The notes beneath the pieces are model-generated. The model was not told the DNA's origin, made no database searches, and saw nothing but the letters and a program-made list of their open reading frames with translations. 64,000 bases of DNA from Vermamoeba vermiformis (Eukaryota): contig JBEWZL010000232.1 of NCBI GenBank assembly GCA_045837725.1, positions 372,001 to 436,000 on the forward strand, read 5' to 3'. The position numbers and the translations under genes are program-made. Below, in pieces: positions 24,863 to 36,544 of the stretch (positions are counted from its first letter, which is position 1; every line of letters begins with the position of its first letter).

Positions 24863-27039
24863 ATGTGGTCATTGCAATCAATGCAACGTATAGTACTAGT
24901 ATGTTGCCTTGTATTCGTTACTGTTGCTGTTAGTGAGCTGCAAGATCCAGCTCGACCAAAGTTTCATTTTCTGCCGGAAGAAAATTGGTAAGTAATTGAT
25001 TTCAACATATCTCAATAAGGGTTATAGTATATTTATGAATATAGTCTAGCAAATAGACGACAAAAATATTGCACTTTGCCATCCTAATTATCTTACCCTA
25101 TAAAAAGGCTGAACGATCCCAATGGAATGTTTTATTTTAATGGTTATTACCATGTATTTTATCAATATGCGACGACTGTTCAATGGACCAATTTGAAATA
25201 TTGGGGCCACGCTGTTTCCAAAGATTTAGTCACTTGGCAACGCTTACCTATCGGACTTTATCCCGATCAACGTACGTTCTCTCAATTGCCAAATTCATGC
25301 TAACATATATGGCATAGCTGGCGCTGATATTTATGGAGTTTGGAGGTAAGCAAAGGAAAGTTCCGCTCTCAAAAAATTAATTTGAAATTCTTTTTTCTAT
25401 TTAGTGGCAGCGCTATCGTAGTCAATGATAGTATGATTATGGCTATATATACTGGTATCAATCAACCCACTGTAACTGACGACGGAGCGCAAGTAAGTTA
25501 ATTTTTTTTGTTCCGCGAAGATTTATTGCTGAGAGACTAATTCCCCGTTAGACGGTCTGCCTAGCCTATCCTAATAGTACTGATGGCATTCTAGTCAATT
25601 GGTACAAAGACACCGCCAATCCCGTGATATCTGGCCCTCCAGATTTCTTGCAAGGTTTACTCGTGGCATATCGCGACCCGTGCATTTGGAACCAAAACGG
25701 AACCGTAAGAACAAATCCAACGATTGCAGCACTACGTAGACTAACTATAGCCTAGTACTACTTCATTTTGGGTAGCGGAGTTCGTCATTTGCATTCGATT
25801 GCGTTGTTGTACAAGAGCACGGATCTGCACTCGTGGAGTTACGAAGGCGTATTTGCAGCAGGCAATGACGACGAAGGCTGGGAGTGGGAGTGTCCTGATT
25901 ACTTCAGCCTGCCCACCCCCGACGGCAAGACAGTAGATTGCTTGTTCTTGTCGATTCCTGGCACTGGCATTGGTTGGAAAGTTGGGCACACTGACCTCGC
26001 GACGATGAGATTCCATTCTCGGTCTGGCTCTGCTTTCCGTTATGACGTTGGTTGGAACTACGCACCTAGAAGCTTTTATGATCCGATAAAGGTCCGTAAC
26101 GAGTTCCTATTGATATTCCTAACATTTTTCATTAAGAAACGTCAAGTTCAGTTCGGGTGGTTAAATGAAGGCAGATCTACCGACAGTAAGACATTGTATT
26201 GATACTTACTATTTGATATTTAGTCTAACATGATCATACTGTTAGTTAACGAAAAAGAAGGATGGGCTGGTGTGATGACACTTGGCCGCGAGATCTACGT
26301 GTAATGCAACTTTTTTGACGCGTTAAAAGTATCCCTTGGCTGACGTTTTTATCGATGCACCAGACGTGAAGATTATACTCTCGGATTCCGTCCCCTCGAA
26401 GAACAACAGCAGCTCAGAACAGGGGTCATTTTCACGATGTCAAATTACACGTTCCCGACAAATTACCTCAACTGGCACAACGTGTTCAGAGAATTCAAAG
26501 GCAACCAATACGAGTTCATTGCTAAGTTCAAAATCTCCAAGGCTTCGCAGACCTCGTAAGAAAATCCGAATCTTTTCTGAGAATTATTATGTAGTTGACC
26601 TGACCGATTATTTTTAGCGATCGATTTGGTTTGATTTTGTACGCAGATCCAGGCTTCACTGAATACACGAGAATATTTTTCGACATGTCCGCCAATACCG
26701 TGGGCTATGATCTCACACGCGCATCGACCAATTCACAGACTGATCACAGCATTAACCAGTTGAATTACAAAATCCCCTCGGATACTTTAACGTAAGCTCT
26801 TTATTATTTCATCGAACAATTACAAGACTAACAGTGGATCCGATAGGTTGCAAGGGTTTGTCGACCACTCAGTGATCGAAATATTCGTCAACGAACAAGT
26901 CGTAATAACACCGCGAGTGTACCCTAACAATCCAGATTCGAAGCACATTGGCCTGTACTACGAACAAACAGCTGAAACACAACCCTCGAAGATTGTCCTC
27001 GAGTCTTTGGTGATATACGGCGTTGATTCTATTTGGTAG
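24863..27039 (+). CDS. Secreted glycoside hydrolase family 32 (beta-fructofuranosidase/invertase/inulinase-like)
   Basis: Signal peptide; RPKFHFLPEENW|LNDPNG, WGHAVSKDLVTW, WSGSA, YRDP, WECPD; C-terminal beta-sandwich FVDHSVIEIFVN..TPRVYP. Confidence 0.95.
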
Positions 27040-27100
27040 AAATAAAAACTAAAAGTGATTTTAATCGTTTTTTTTCTCCAAACGAAAAGTGGAAATTGCA

Positions 27101-27122
27101 AGGGTTAGGGTTAGGTTTAGGG
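27101..27122 (+). repeat. Short interstitial TTAGGG-like tract
   Basis: AGGGTTAGGGTTAGGTTTAGGG between two convergent 3' ends. Confidence 0.5.
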
Positions 27123-27224
27123 TAAAACATTTTTTCAAATTTTTCTTTAGTTTTCGAACCGGCTATGAACAGAACCGGGCAAGAACTTTAGCGATCTATT
27201 TATTAAATTATAAATATAATTGTT

Positions 27225-28413
27225 TTAATCATTTGAATAAGAATAATCGCTGTCGCTCGCATCTTCAAACTCATGATCGTCTTCAAATTCATCGTCCTCT
27301 TCGTCCAACACAAACTCTTCATCGTTATCATCGTCATCTTCAAATGTAATATCAGGATATTTCTTGCGCGCTTCGATTTTCCAAGTCGGTCGTACGTTCA
27401 CAAAGTACGTAATTGACAAGTGCTTTAACGTCTTCAAATTATCTACAAACTCGTTGAGCGCTGCTTCGGTGACTTTAACTGCAGTTGAAAGCACTGTTAG
27501 TATCAAATATAATCGACTATTTTGCATTGCAAGCTAAACTTGCGATCCGGATTTCGAACAATTATAAATAAATCATATAGGGTTATAATACTTGCGACAT
27601 AAATGAAAAATATACTATTATTAAGGTGTTAAGTAATGATCTATTGAAGGAACTGAAGTTCAAAACGTGATCTGCGGAAATTGTTTCGTGTAGTAGACGT
27701 ACTTGAATACAACATCACCACGCTACGTAATGAAGGATGCTTTGATAATGTTTTGAGCGCTTCGTTGGTGAATTTACACGTCTCCAAGTTGAGCACACGA
27801 AGATCTGGAAATTTGAGCAGATCTGTCATATCATCATCGTTCAAATTCGAGCAAACAAGGTCGAGGTGCATTAGATTAGGACACAACTATAATGAGAATA
27901 ATATTATTAATCAAATACGGTCGTATTTAATTTTTGAACTTCAATATTTTTACCTCCGCTAGTCTCGTGAGATCGTGCCGTTCAGGAACATCGTCTAAAT
28001 TAAGGCGCATAATGCACCAAGCACGTGAACCAAATGATTTCAGTGAATCAAAGGACATTTTGACCAAGTGATGACGCCAAAGCGAAACAGATTTGCTAAT
28101 CTCGAAAAAGTACTTGCAGATCGCACCGCAATTAACTATAACGATAAATTTAGATAAAATATTATTAAGTATGTGCATTTCTTACCAAGATCAGGCACTG
28201 TTAAATTAGAGAATATTTTCTCGACGATCTAAAAAATATTTTGTTAATTTAGAAAATTAAAGTAATTATTCACGCAGCAAAACTTACTTCGCCCGGAAAT
28301 ATATCGAGAAAATCAGGTATTTGAGCATTTTCGAATTGAACTAATCTTTGTTTTTTCGCTGCAGGCTCATCTTCCGCAAGAACTTCTTGTTGGATTCTCT
28401 TTCTCTTGCTCAT
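27225..28413 (-). CDS. F-box/LRR protein with an NLS and an acidic tail
   Basis: MSKRKR...PAAKKQR, F-box-like FLDIFPGE|IVEKIFSNL, LRRs CPNLMHLDLVCSNL and LRVLNLETCKFT, D/E-rich C-terminus. Confidence 0.75.
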
Positions 28414-28584
28414 TGTGCTGTGCCTTATGTTGTATGTATGTCTTCTAGAATAATAACAATTCTAAAGTGCCCATTATGCTTGACGTTCACCTGCACAAAA
28501 AGTTACGTTCAAAAAATCTGTAAATCCACAAAACGCGAAAAAATTAACGACAAAAATAAGATTTTATATACAAATTAAAATAAT

Positions 28585-28816
28585 CTACTTATTTATCTTC
28601 GTCGCACTTAAATCTGCGGTAGAATTTTCAGATGCGTTTTGTCCAACATTTGGGTCTTGATTGCCGGTTCTCTTTTTCTTGTCTACGCTTTTATGAACCT
28701 TAGCGGGCTCAAATATCGCGTGGTTCGATTTACCACTCGTTTTCTGCAGCATTTTCTCTTTCTCTAGACGTCAATTAAAAGATCGGCTTAAATTAATTTA
28801 GAATAGACTTACCCAT
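28585..28816 (-). CDS. Putative small hydrophilic protein (about 60 aa), tandem copy 1
   Basis: ATGG|GTAAGT intron ...CTAG|AGAAAG gives MEKEKMLQKTSGKSNHAIFEPAKVHKSVDKKKRTGNQDPNVGQNASENSTADLSATKINK*. Confidence 0.45.
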
Positions 28817-29137
28817 ATCGGCTTATATTACGGTAATATAGTTACTAGCAAATGTACTTTGATCTCTAAGAACAGTAAAATGTCTTCTTGTGCTCGAGCT
28901 GGTAGTTTAATTTAATTGAAAATGACATGCCGAAAAAAATTCAACGTGGGCCACGTTCCAGACAAGAAAGGGTTTAACCACTTTAGAAGGCAAAATATGC
29001 CAGCCACAGGTTAAATCGACGACTATTACTGACGTTCAACTGGACAAAAAGTTAACGTAGCAAAATACAACTATGTAAATCCACAAAACGAAACCAACGA
29101 CAAAAGTAATTATCAAATTATAATAATAACAATCTAT

Positions 29138-29365
29138 TTATTTATTCGCACTTAAATCTGTATTTGTAGAAATGTCAGATGCGTTTTGTCCAACTTCATT
29201 TGGAACTTGTTCGCCGGTTCTCTGTGTCCTGTCTGCGCTTTCATAAACCTTAGCAGGTTCATAGATATCGTGATTTGATTTACCACTCGTTTTCTTCATC
29301 ATTTTCTCTTTCTAGATGTCAATAGGAGTTCGCTAAATTTAATTTTGAATAGACTTACGTCCCAT
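29138..29365 (-). CDS. Putative small hydrophilic protein (about 55 aa), tandem copy 2
   Basis: MMKKTSGKSNHDIYEPAKVYESADRTQRTGEQVPNEVGQNASDISTNTDLSANK*, collinear with copy 1; the start (29365 or 29302) depends on which acceptor is used. Confidence 0.4.
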
Positions 29366-29910
29366 ATCCGCTTATATTACGATAGATAGTTACTAACAAA
29401 AGTCCTTTGACCTCGAAAACAGTAAAATGTCTTCTTGTGTGCTCGTGCTGGCAAAAAGTAACCGAAAGTGACATTCCGAAAAAATTCAACGGCTCACGCC
29501 AAAGAAAACCAAACGTAATTAGTTTAATACTTGCAGCTTAGCATTTATTTTGAAAGTTTTTTTTACAAGTTTAGCATTCGATGAGCGGATCTAAATGTCG
29601 TACAATTTTAATCGTTCTTATTGTTTTCTGAAGGCCATAAGATCTGCCATAGAAAAATCGATCTTAAGGCCTACCAGAACAACGCAAATCAAAAGATTAT
29701 TGCCTTATTTAGAAATCGCGTCATCGAACGAATATTATTTTCGCTGGTGATGAAAAAATCTAACTATCTACATTGGTTTGTTGAAATTGATAATCAAAAT
29801 CGAAGAATACTATAACAATACTAACATTAACACATTAGTATCGCTATAATACTCTCCTGCGCATTATCAAGTGGTGGATTTGGTTTTTTTGAATTTAGGC
29901 GGGAAAATGG

Positions 29911-31136
29911 TTACTGGTACGAGGCTGAATAAGACTCCTCCCAATTCGTTACGAGCCTACCAACCGGCTCGATTTCCATCTTAAATATTGCTGAGGTCAT
30001 CTTCCTTGTTGCCTCAATTACCTAAATAGGAAATCAAAAAGTCAGTACACGATCCACAAGTCAGAAAGTATTAACAGAAATAAATAATCATCGAAATAAA
30101 ATATAAATGTCATTATACGAGCTATTATAAGGCGTATTTAGACTTACGATTTCGGGATCTTGAATGTTACGTTCCAAAACATCATCTGGACTTTCAGCCG
30201 CTTGGCTCAGATTAGTGCTCGCATGTGGCAGGCCCATCAACGATGTTTCTCGCCACAGTGCATCGATTTCAAGCGATCTTTCTAAGTGATTACTATAATA
30301 GGAAAGGTTAAATATAGTAATCTGATAAATTGGGGGTTTTCGGCGTGCTAGTATCACGTGCATCAGATATTGAGCTTAAATCCGATTTATCGAGGTATAT
30401 AATATTATGTGGGCTATTTTACGGTTGAAAATAAAGCTTACCGGTACATTGCTTTTAAATCCTGAACTGCAACGCTCTCGAGCGGAGTATCGTAGCCAAC
30501 GGACTTGATTTCGATTAGGTCCCTATGTATATGCTATTAGGATATTTTAGGACAATAAAACATGCTCTAAACGGAGATAAGGATGTAAATCCGGGATTGT
30601 TTATCAAAACGAATACTTACTTGGCTGTTTGCGAAACAATAGTCTTTAAATCCTCTTCAGCTCTATTTACACGTTCAGTGACGCTATCTACTTCTTGTTT
30701 CGGACGTTCCTTAGGTTTAATCTGCTTCGTTCTGAAAAAAGATCAGATCAGCAATTGATTCGTTCCAGGATCAATTAAATCGATATCATCGACATAACTA
30801 TATCGCACAAATGTAATAAGCATGACCAACAATTATTTCTCAACACAAAATCTTGGATCTAAATTAAGAACGATCCGATCAGACTGACAGATCCAACTTT
30901 TTAACCCTTGAGCAGCTTGTAAACAATTTTAGGACTCATAAATAAAATGTACATACGGTGACTCTATAGTAATAGGCACTGAGGATATAGTAGCTGCTGC
31001 TGCAAGCCTTCGAGCGGATACGCCCTTAATGGCCTTGGGTACAGGCTTGTCTGCATTTAAAATAATTATTACTCTATTTTTCATTATTATTGGCTTATGA
31101 ATATCGCTTACTAGGAGTTCCAATGCAAAGACCCAT
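29911..31136 (-). CDS. Probable Ragulator subunit LAMTOR1/Ego1-like protein
   Basis: N-terminus MGLCIGTP (myristoylation/palmitoylation-type MGxC); central EDLKTIVSQTAKDLIEI; C-terminal KMTSAIFKMEIEPVGRLVTNW. These resemble the LAMTOR1 pattern. Confidence 0.6.
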
Positions 31137-31668
31137 AGTTTAAATTTGGATCGAAACAATTTTAAGGGCTAGGCTACAACCGCGCGTTAGCGTTTGCACT
31201 ACAGCACAATAGATAATATATGACCTATTCTTACCTGGGAGAGCAATGCGTGGTCGTGCATCAAACGCGAGCAAGACAAAAAAACCATTTTTAGACCGTG
31301 AATTTATGATTTATCCGTCATCCGTCAGAATCTGAAATGAAACAAAAGAGTTAATATACTTGTACGTGTGCTGTAGAGGTACCTGCCCGGGTCGAACTCG
31401 CTTTCTGTCCTTCAGATAAAAGTTCGCGATCCGAATTAAATTTTCGGGCTTTATTCATTGCAAGAATTCTTCGTGCAAGGCCGGAGATAAAATGAGGTAA
31501 ATATTATTGGGTTATTATAAATGAGTCGCCAATCTTTCAGATATTATTGGAGACTCACATTTTGGATGCCAAAATAAACAATAAAAAATTGTGAATTGTT
31601 CCTCCTTTTACTTTTCGCTTATGTACATGATAATATGTTAAGATATATGTTTCTATATCCGACCCAAA

Positions 31669-34600
31669 TTATTTCTTATCCAAATCCGAGAACAATTTTT
31701 TCGTTTTTTCTCGCAGATCTTCAACGTTCTCGCCTTCCTTCGAGTACTCAATGACCAAGTGACGACCGTAGAAGTGAGAGTTTGATAGTGCCTCTCTAGC
31801 AGCCTTAGCTTCTTCTTCCGTCAAGAACTCAATAAAAGCAAATCCACGATGACCTTTGCCTCCTTGTTTAACCGGCAAACGTACGCTCTTGAGCTCGCCA
31901 AATGCGCTGAACAACTCTCTGATTTCTTTTTTGTTCGCTTCGAATGCCACGTTGCGGACAAGCAGTTTAGCACTGGGTTTAACTTTCTCAGCAGCCTTGC
32001 GCCTGGATTTGAAAGTTTAATTAATCATCTAGCTCGCTTTAAATGGTTAATATGACTTACTTAGCAGCTCCGTCTTCTTTCTTCTTGTTTTGAGTAAATT
32101 TAATGACGATGTTGTGGTCGTCAAGCAACTTGCCCTAAAGATCGCGTACAGATCAGTCTAGATCCGATAGAACGAGCTGCAATAAACGTACCTGAAGCTT
32201 CTTAAAGGCATTGAGAGCATCATCTCGCTTATGGAACTCAACGAAACCATAACCAAGCGAAGTCTTTTGGCCGTCTTTAATACCTTGAGCAATTTTAACG
32301 CTACGAAGCTATAAAATAGGGTAAGTACTCGCTCAAAGGTCTATATTATGCTCTTACTCGTCCAAAGGCCATAAACGTGTTTCGTAGAGTTTCTTCGGTC
32401 GTATTGAAGTTCAAATTCTTAACGTACAACGAAGCTGAAGTTGGATCTTCTTCCATATTCTCATCTGGTGCACTTGTAGACTTCTCCTCTTCCTTAGGTT
32501 CGTCTATTACGTTTAAATAATTAATAAACATTCATCGCGTACTGGAAAATAAAATTGATAAAATTGGATCTTGCTTAATTACCTTTCTTAGGAGCAGCCT
32601 TTGTAGGCTTAGTGCTCTTCTTTTCGACAACTTCTTCTTCTTCCACATCGTCGTCTTCTTCTCCGCTGATCTGTTGTTTGCCAGATCCGTCCATAATTCC
32701 AACAGGAGCCCATTCCAAGAACAACGGTGCACCTTGATATAATCTATACGCCAATGCCTTGAACGCCTTTCTCGCTTCTGAGGGCTCCAAGAACTCAACG
32801 AGGGCAATGGTCTTTGTTGGCGGCAAAATGACTTTGTTAACGGATCCGAACTTTGAAAACATTGTGTTCAATTCACTCTCTTCAGAGTTGAATGGAATGT
32901 TCTTAACTAATATAACAGTCTTGCTGCGCTCAATAGCTTTGTTGTAATGACCACGCATAGCATCGAGTGAGACACCTTGCTTGGCGAGCCATTTCTTCGT
33001 ACGATTGATCGCGTGTGTTTCTCCGAGCGTTAATCTCACGGCTACATTGCCTGCTTCGGGATCGAAAATATCACTCTTTTCAACGCCGTATTGAGCTGCC
33101 ATGGAGTCTGCTACTGCATCAGCCTAAAGTCATAAACAATTAATACAGCTGCTCGAATATGAGTATCAACTTCAATTAATATTCGTATTTAATCATATAT
33201 ATTGACTTAATCTATTAAGGACGCAAAATAAAGATTTACTATGAAACTTTTTTAGGGATCCCGAAATATCTACTTACGCGCATGAAGAGAGTGTTCCAGT
33301 TAACGTCGTTCTGAGCCAAGTTTTGCATCTTTTCGGTCTTTTTCTTTTGGAATTGAGTGCGATAGAACTGCGCGTCTTCATCGTCTTTGACATCTTTTTG
33401 AGTGTTCTCTTTAGCGGGCAAAATATGCAACAAACGACCCTAATATCCACGTTATCATTACTATTCTTAATATTCCATAGCACTTAAAAGATTTTTAACG
33501 TACTTGGAAAATTGTACCGTCGAGGTTTGTAATGGCTTTAACGGCGTCTTGTGGGACCAAGTACAAGACATAGGCAATGCCGCGAGACTGCTTAGTCTCT
33601 TTATTGATAGGAACGTGAACCTATTGAATGATATATAGCATTAGAATCTGATCATAGAACTATTAAACAGAAGCATTGTTGCGTACCTCGGAGATCTGAC
33701 CGTACTTGGAGAACAGCTTGTAAATGTTGTCTTCAGTGACTGAAAATGGCAAATTTCTCACGAACAATCGACCATTCTCGCCGACCTCTTGCAACTCTTC
33801 GGGAGTCAAAGCGGTCTTGATCTTCTTTTTGTTCAGATCCGGCAGATCATCGTCTTCAGCATTATTAGCTTGTTTACCATTAGTAAATGCTACGCCATCC
33901 TCTTCATTATTTTTATCGCCATTATCACCATCTTCTTCCATTTTATCCTCGCCGTTGGCTTCTTTCTGATCCTCATCATCGCTATCAAACTTGCTGAAAT
34001 CAAAGTTGGATTTCATTCTAGACTTCAAATAATCCAAGTCTGAGACCTCAGGATTATCCACAACTGCATCTTTAGGCTTCTTATCCTCTTCATTATCTTT
34101 TTCATCCTCCGCATCCATCGCGTCTTCATTTTGAGGATTTTTGCCAGGCTGAAATAATATTATTAAATATTCGATTAATCAATATGTATATTATGTACCA
34201 TATCTTGATATTCTTCGTCATCAGATTCGTTATCGTCTCCAAAAGTTAAATGGGTTCGCTTGACCGTCAAGTTTTGACCTCCAGGCTTCAAATTAGGAAC
34301 CTCTTTAACGATTTTAATGACCTTCTCCTCCTCTTTCTTTTCCTTAGCAACAACTTTCTCTTTCTTTTTGCCTACGAAATTAATTAATTATTTTCAAAAT
34401 CTGGATCTGCTTTAAAAAATATTCGGCAACGTTCTTAATATTTTTTTAAGCATAATTATACTACAGTGCGTACCTGCATTCATGCTATCGTCATTAGCCC
34501 AGAACTTAGTCTTCTTATTAGCCACGCTCAAGAACTCCTCGAATTCAGGATCGTTTTCAGCGTTATTGCCTTCATCCACTTGATCTCTCTTTCTTTTCTT

Positions 34601-35396
34601 GCCTTTGCCCTCACTTTCGCTCGCAGATTTCTCATCAGCAGCGGCTTTCTTGCCGTTGGCTTGTTGATCCTCTTTCGACTTTGGATCGTCTTTGCCATCT
34701 GCATTTCCTTTAGTATGCTTGCTCCATGGGCGAGGAATATCAGCACTTCCAACCTGCAAATAATTTTGCTGGTTAGATCTGGACCAGTTGAAACGAGATC
34801 TGCGCGTTAATGGCTGAAAACTTACAGGTAGCGCGAATTCCACCGAAATCTTAGCAGTATCGATATATGTATTGTCAAAATGCTCTCTTGCAGCTCTTGC
34901 TTCTTTATCTGAACGGAAACCAACGAATCCAAAACGACGCGATCTGCCGTCGCTTTTAACGCAGACAATTTGTCAATATTGATATTATTTACATAGAAAT
35001 AAAATATATCTTACGCGGTCTTCATAATCTTGACATCGGTGACTTCGCCAAATGATGAAAACACATCTTTGAACTTTTGATCTGTCAAATATTTTGGTAA
35101 ATTCTTGATAATAAGACGAGATGAACTCTTGCGCGAAGACCTATATTTAGAGTAATAATTAATAAATTATTAACGGCTGCAAAAAGTAACGAGCAAATCC
35201 CGATCAGATCGCATCCATTAAAAAGTTCTACAGCTCTATAACCGAAAAATATATACATTGCAAATTTGCAATAATATAAAGAGGTAAAATATTAGTTTAT
35301 CTGACAATGGGATTAAATCCAGATCGGATGTGGCAGATCCATGCCGAGCCACGTAAGTAGATGGCCCGTACATATTCAGAGATAGTGTACTTACAT
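31669..35396 (-). CDS. RBM19: Multiple-RRM ribosome biogenesis protein RBM19/Mrd1
   Basis: SRLIIKNLPKY, SRRFGFVGF, FWANDD, GRLFVRNLPF, WNTLFM, AVRLTLGETH, RSKTVILVKNIP, PLFLEWAP, SLYVKNLNFNTTEETL, HRGFAFIEF, HFYGRHLVIEY. Confidence 0.96.
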
Positions 35397-35592
35397 TTTA
35401 GAGCTCACTTGTGCTACGTCAAATAAATTGCGAAAATAAACTGAAAAGTTGCAGCCAAATTTTACCTCTTTGGATCGCGACATAAAAAAAGACGGATGTT
35501 ACGCTCAAAATTGGCTCATTAGCCTATTTATATTTAACATCTCTTTAGTAAATATTTCTACACTATTGTATACACTGGGAGTTTTAAAAAAT

Positions 35593-36077
35593 CTATTGTG
35601 CTTCAGCCTCATCGACTTCACCATTCGTCCTCTTTTGTTCCTCGCACTGGTCAATAAATTCACTATATAAATCAATCTCCTGCGTTAAATCTATAATAAC
35701 CATATTAGTACTCGTCTATCGCATTGCACGATCGCCGTACTTGAAGCTTCGCGTCATCTTACTTAATTTCTAATAATTAAATAAATTACAATAATATTGT
35801 ACGTACTATTAATTTGCATTGTGTAATTTGTATCGCAGAGTCGACATTTAATTCGTCCTATTCCATTAACTTTGTCCCTGTAATTTTCCACGTTAGCATC
35901 GGTAATTCATCGATGAAGCTAGAACCAGCACAATAGTATTTCAAATAATATAGGCACGTACATAATACATTCTAAACTATTTTCTCGGCCACAGAACGGG
36001 CAGTCAAAGTTTTTCGGTAACTTCGTGTTGGTTTTTTTGGGCTTGATCACCTTCTTTCTCGATTTTCGCTTACCCAT
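35593..36077 (-). CDS. ELF1: Transcription elongation factor 1 homolog (Elf1/ELOF1)
   Basis: Three exons give MGKRKSRKK...FDCPFCGRENSLECIMDK..GIGRIKCRLCDTNY..IN..LTQEIDLYSEFIDQCE; missed by the ORF track. Confidence 0.92.
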
Positions 36078-36544
36078 TGCTGCTAGGTATGTGTATTGTT
36101 GTTCTTAAGGTATGTAAAACTTAACTACATTGCTTAAAGAACCCCTTTTATATTTTTGCCAGACGAAGAATTTTTTGGCTTGTTTTTTTGACCGTTTTTT
36201 TTTCATTATTTTTTGCCGCCTTTTTCTTCCTTTACTTCCTTATCCTCATCTCTGACACCACTACTCTTTTATTAGTACCTATTGTTATGTTCCATTATTT
36301 CCTCGTGTTTTTTTTGTTCTGAAGTGGATGGAGGTACGATCACATCGACATCTTTCGGCTAGTTCTTCCTTTTGCTTGTATTTCTTCTACGATCGAACTC
36401 ATACGTCAATTTAATCGTATTAGTTTGTAAACAGGAGAATATATTCATAAACTTAAAAGCAAAAGGAATAAACTGGTTGGGATGGGATTTAAAATTATTT
36501 TTATTCCGTTAATTTTTTAAAATTAAATTAAAATATGTGCACCA

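Larger units (their letters stand above)
28482..29491. repeat. Diverged tandem duplication (units about 28482-28945 and 29031-29491)
   Basis: Collinear shared blocks: GACGTTCA.CTG.ACAAAAAGTTA, TGTAAATCCACAAAACG, CGCACTTAAATCTG, CAGATGCGTTTTGTCCAAC, TACCACTCGTTTTCT, GAATAGACTTAC, ACAGTAAAATGTCTTCTTGTG. Confidence 0.9.

Noticed and set aside
28482-29491. LTR pair or CRISPR-like array
   Set aside because: Only two diverged adjacent units, with no internal element, target-site duplication or spacer pattern; a simple tandem duplication fits.
31385-31440. tRNA-like GTTCGA on the minus strand
   Set aside because: No cloverleaf, D-arm or acceptor stem can be built.
36130-36410. Purine-rich minus-strand stretch resembling Lys/Glu-rich coding sequence
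   Set aside because: The ATG frame closes after about 20 codons and no consistent exon chain was found.
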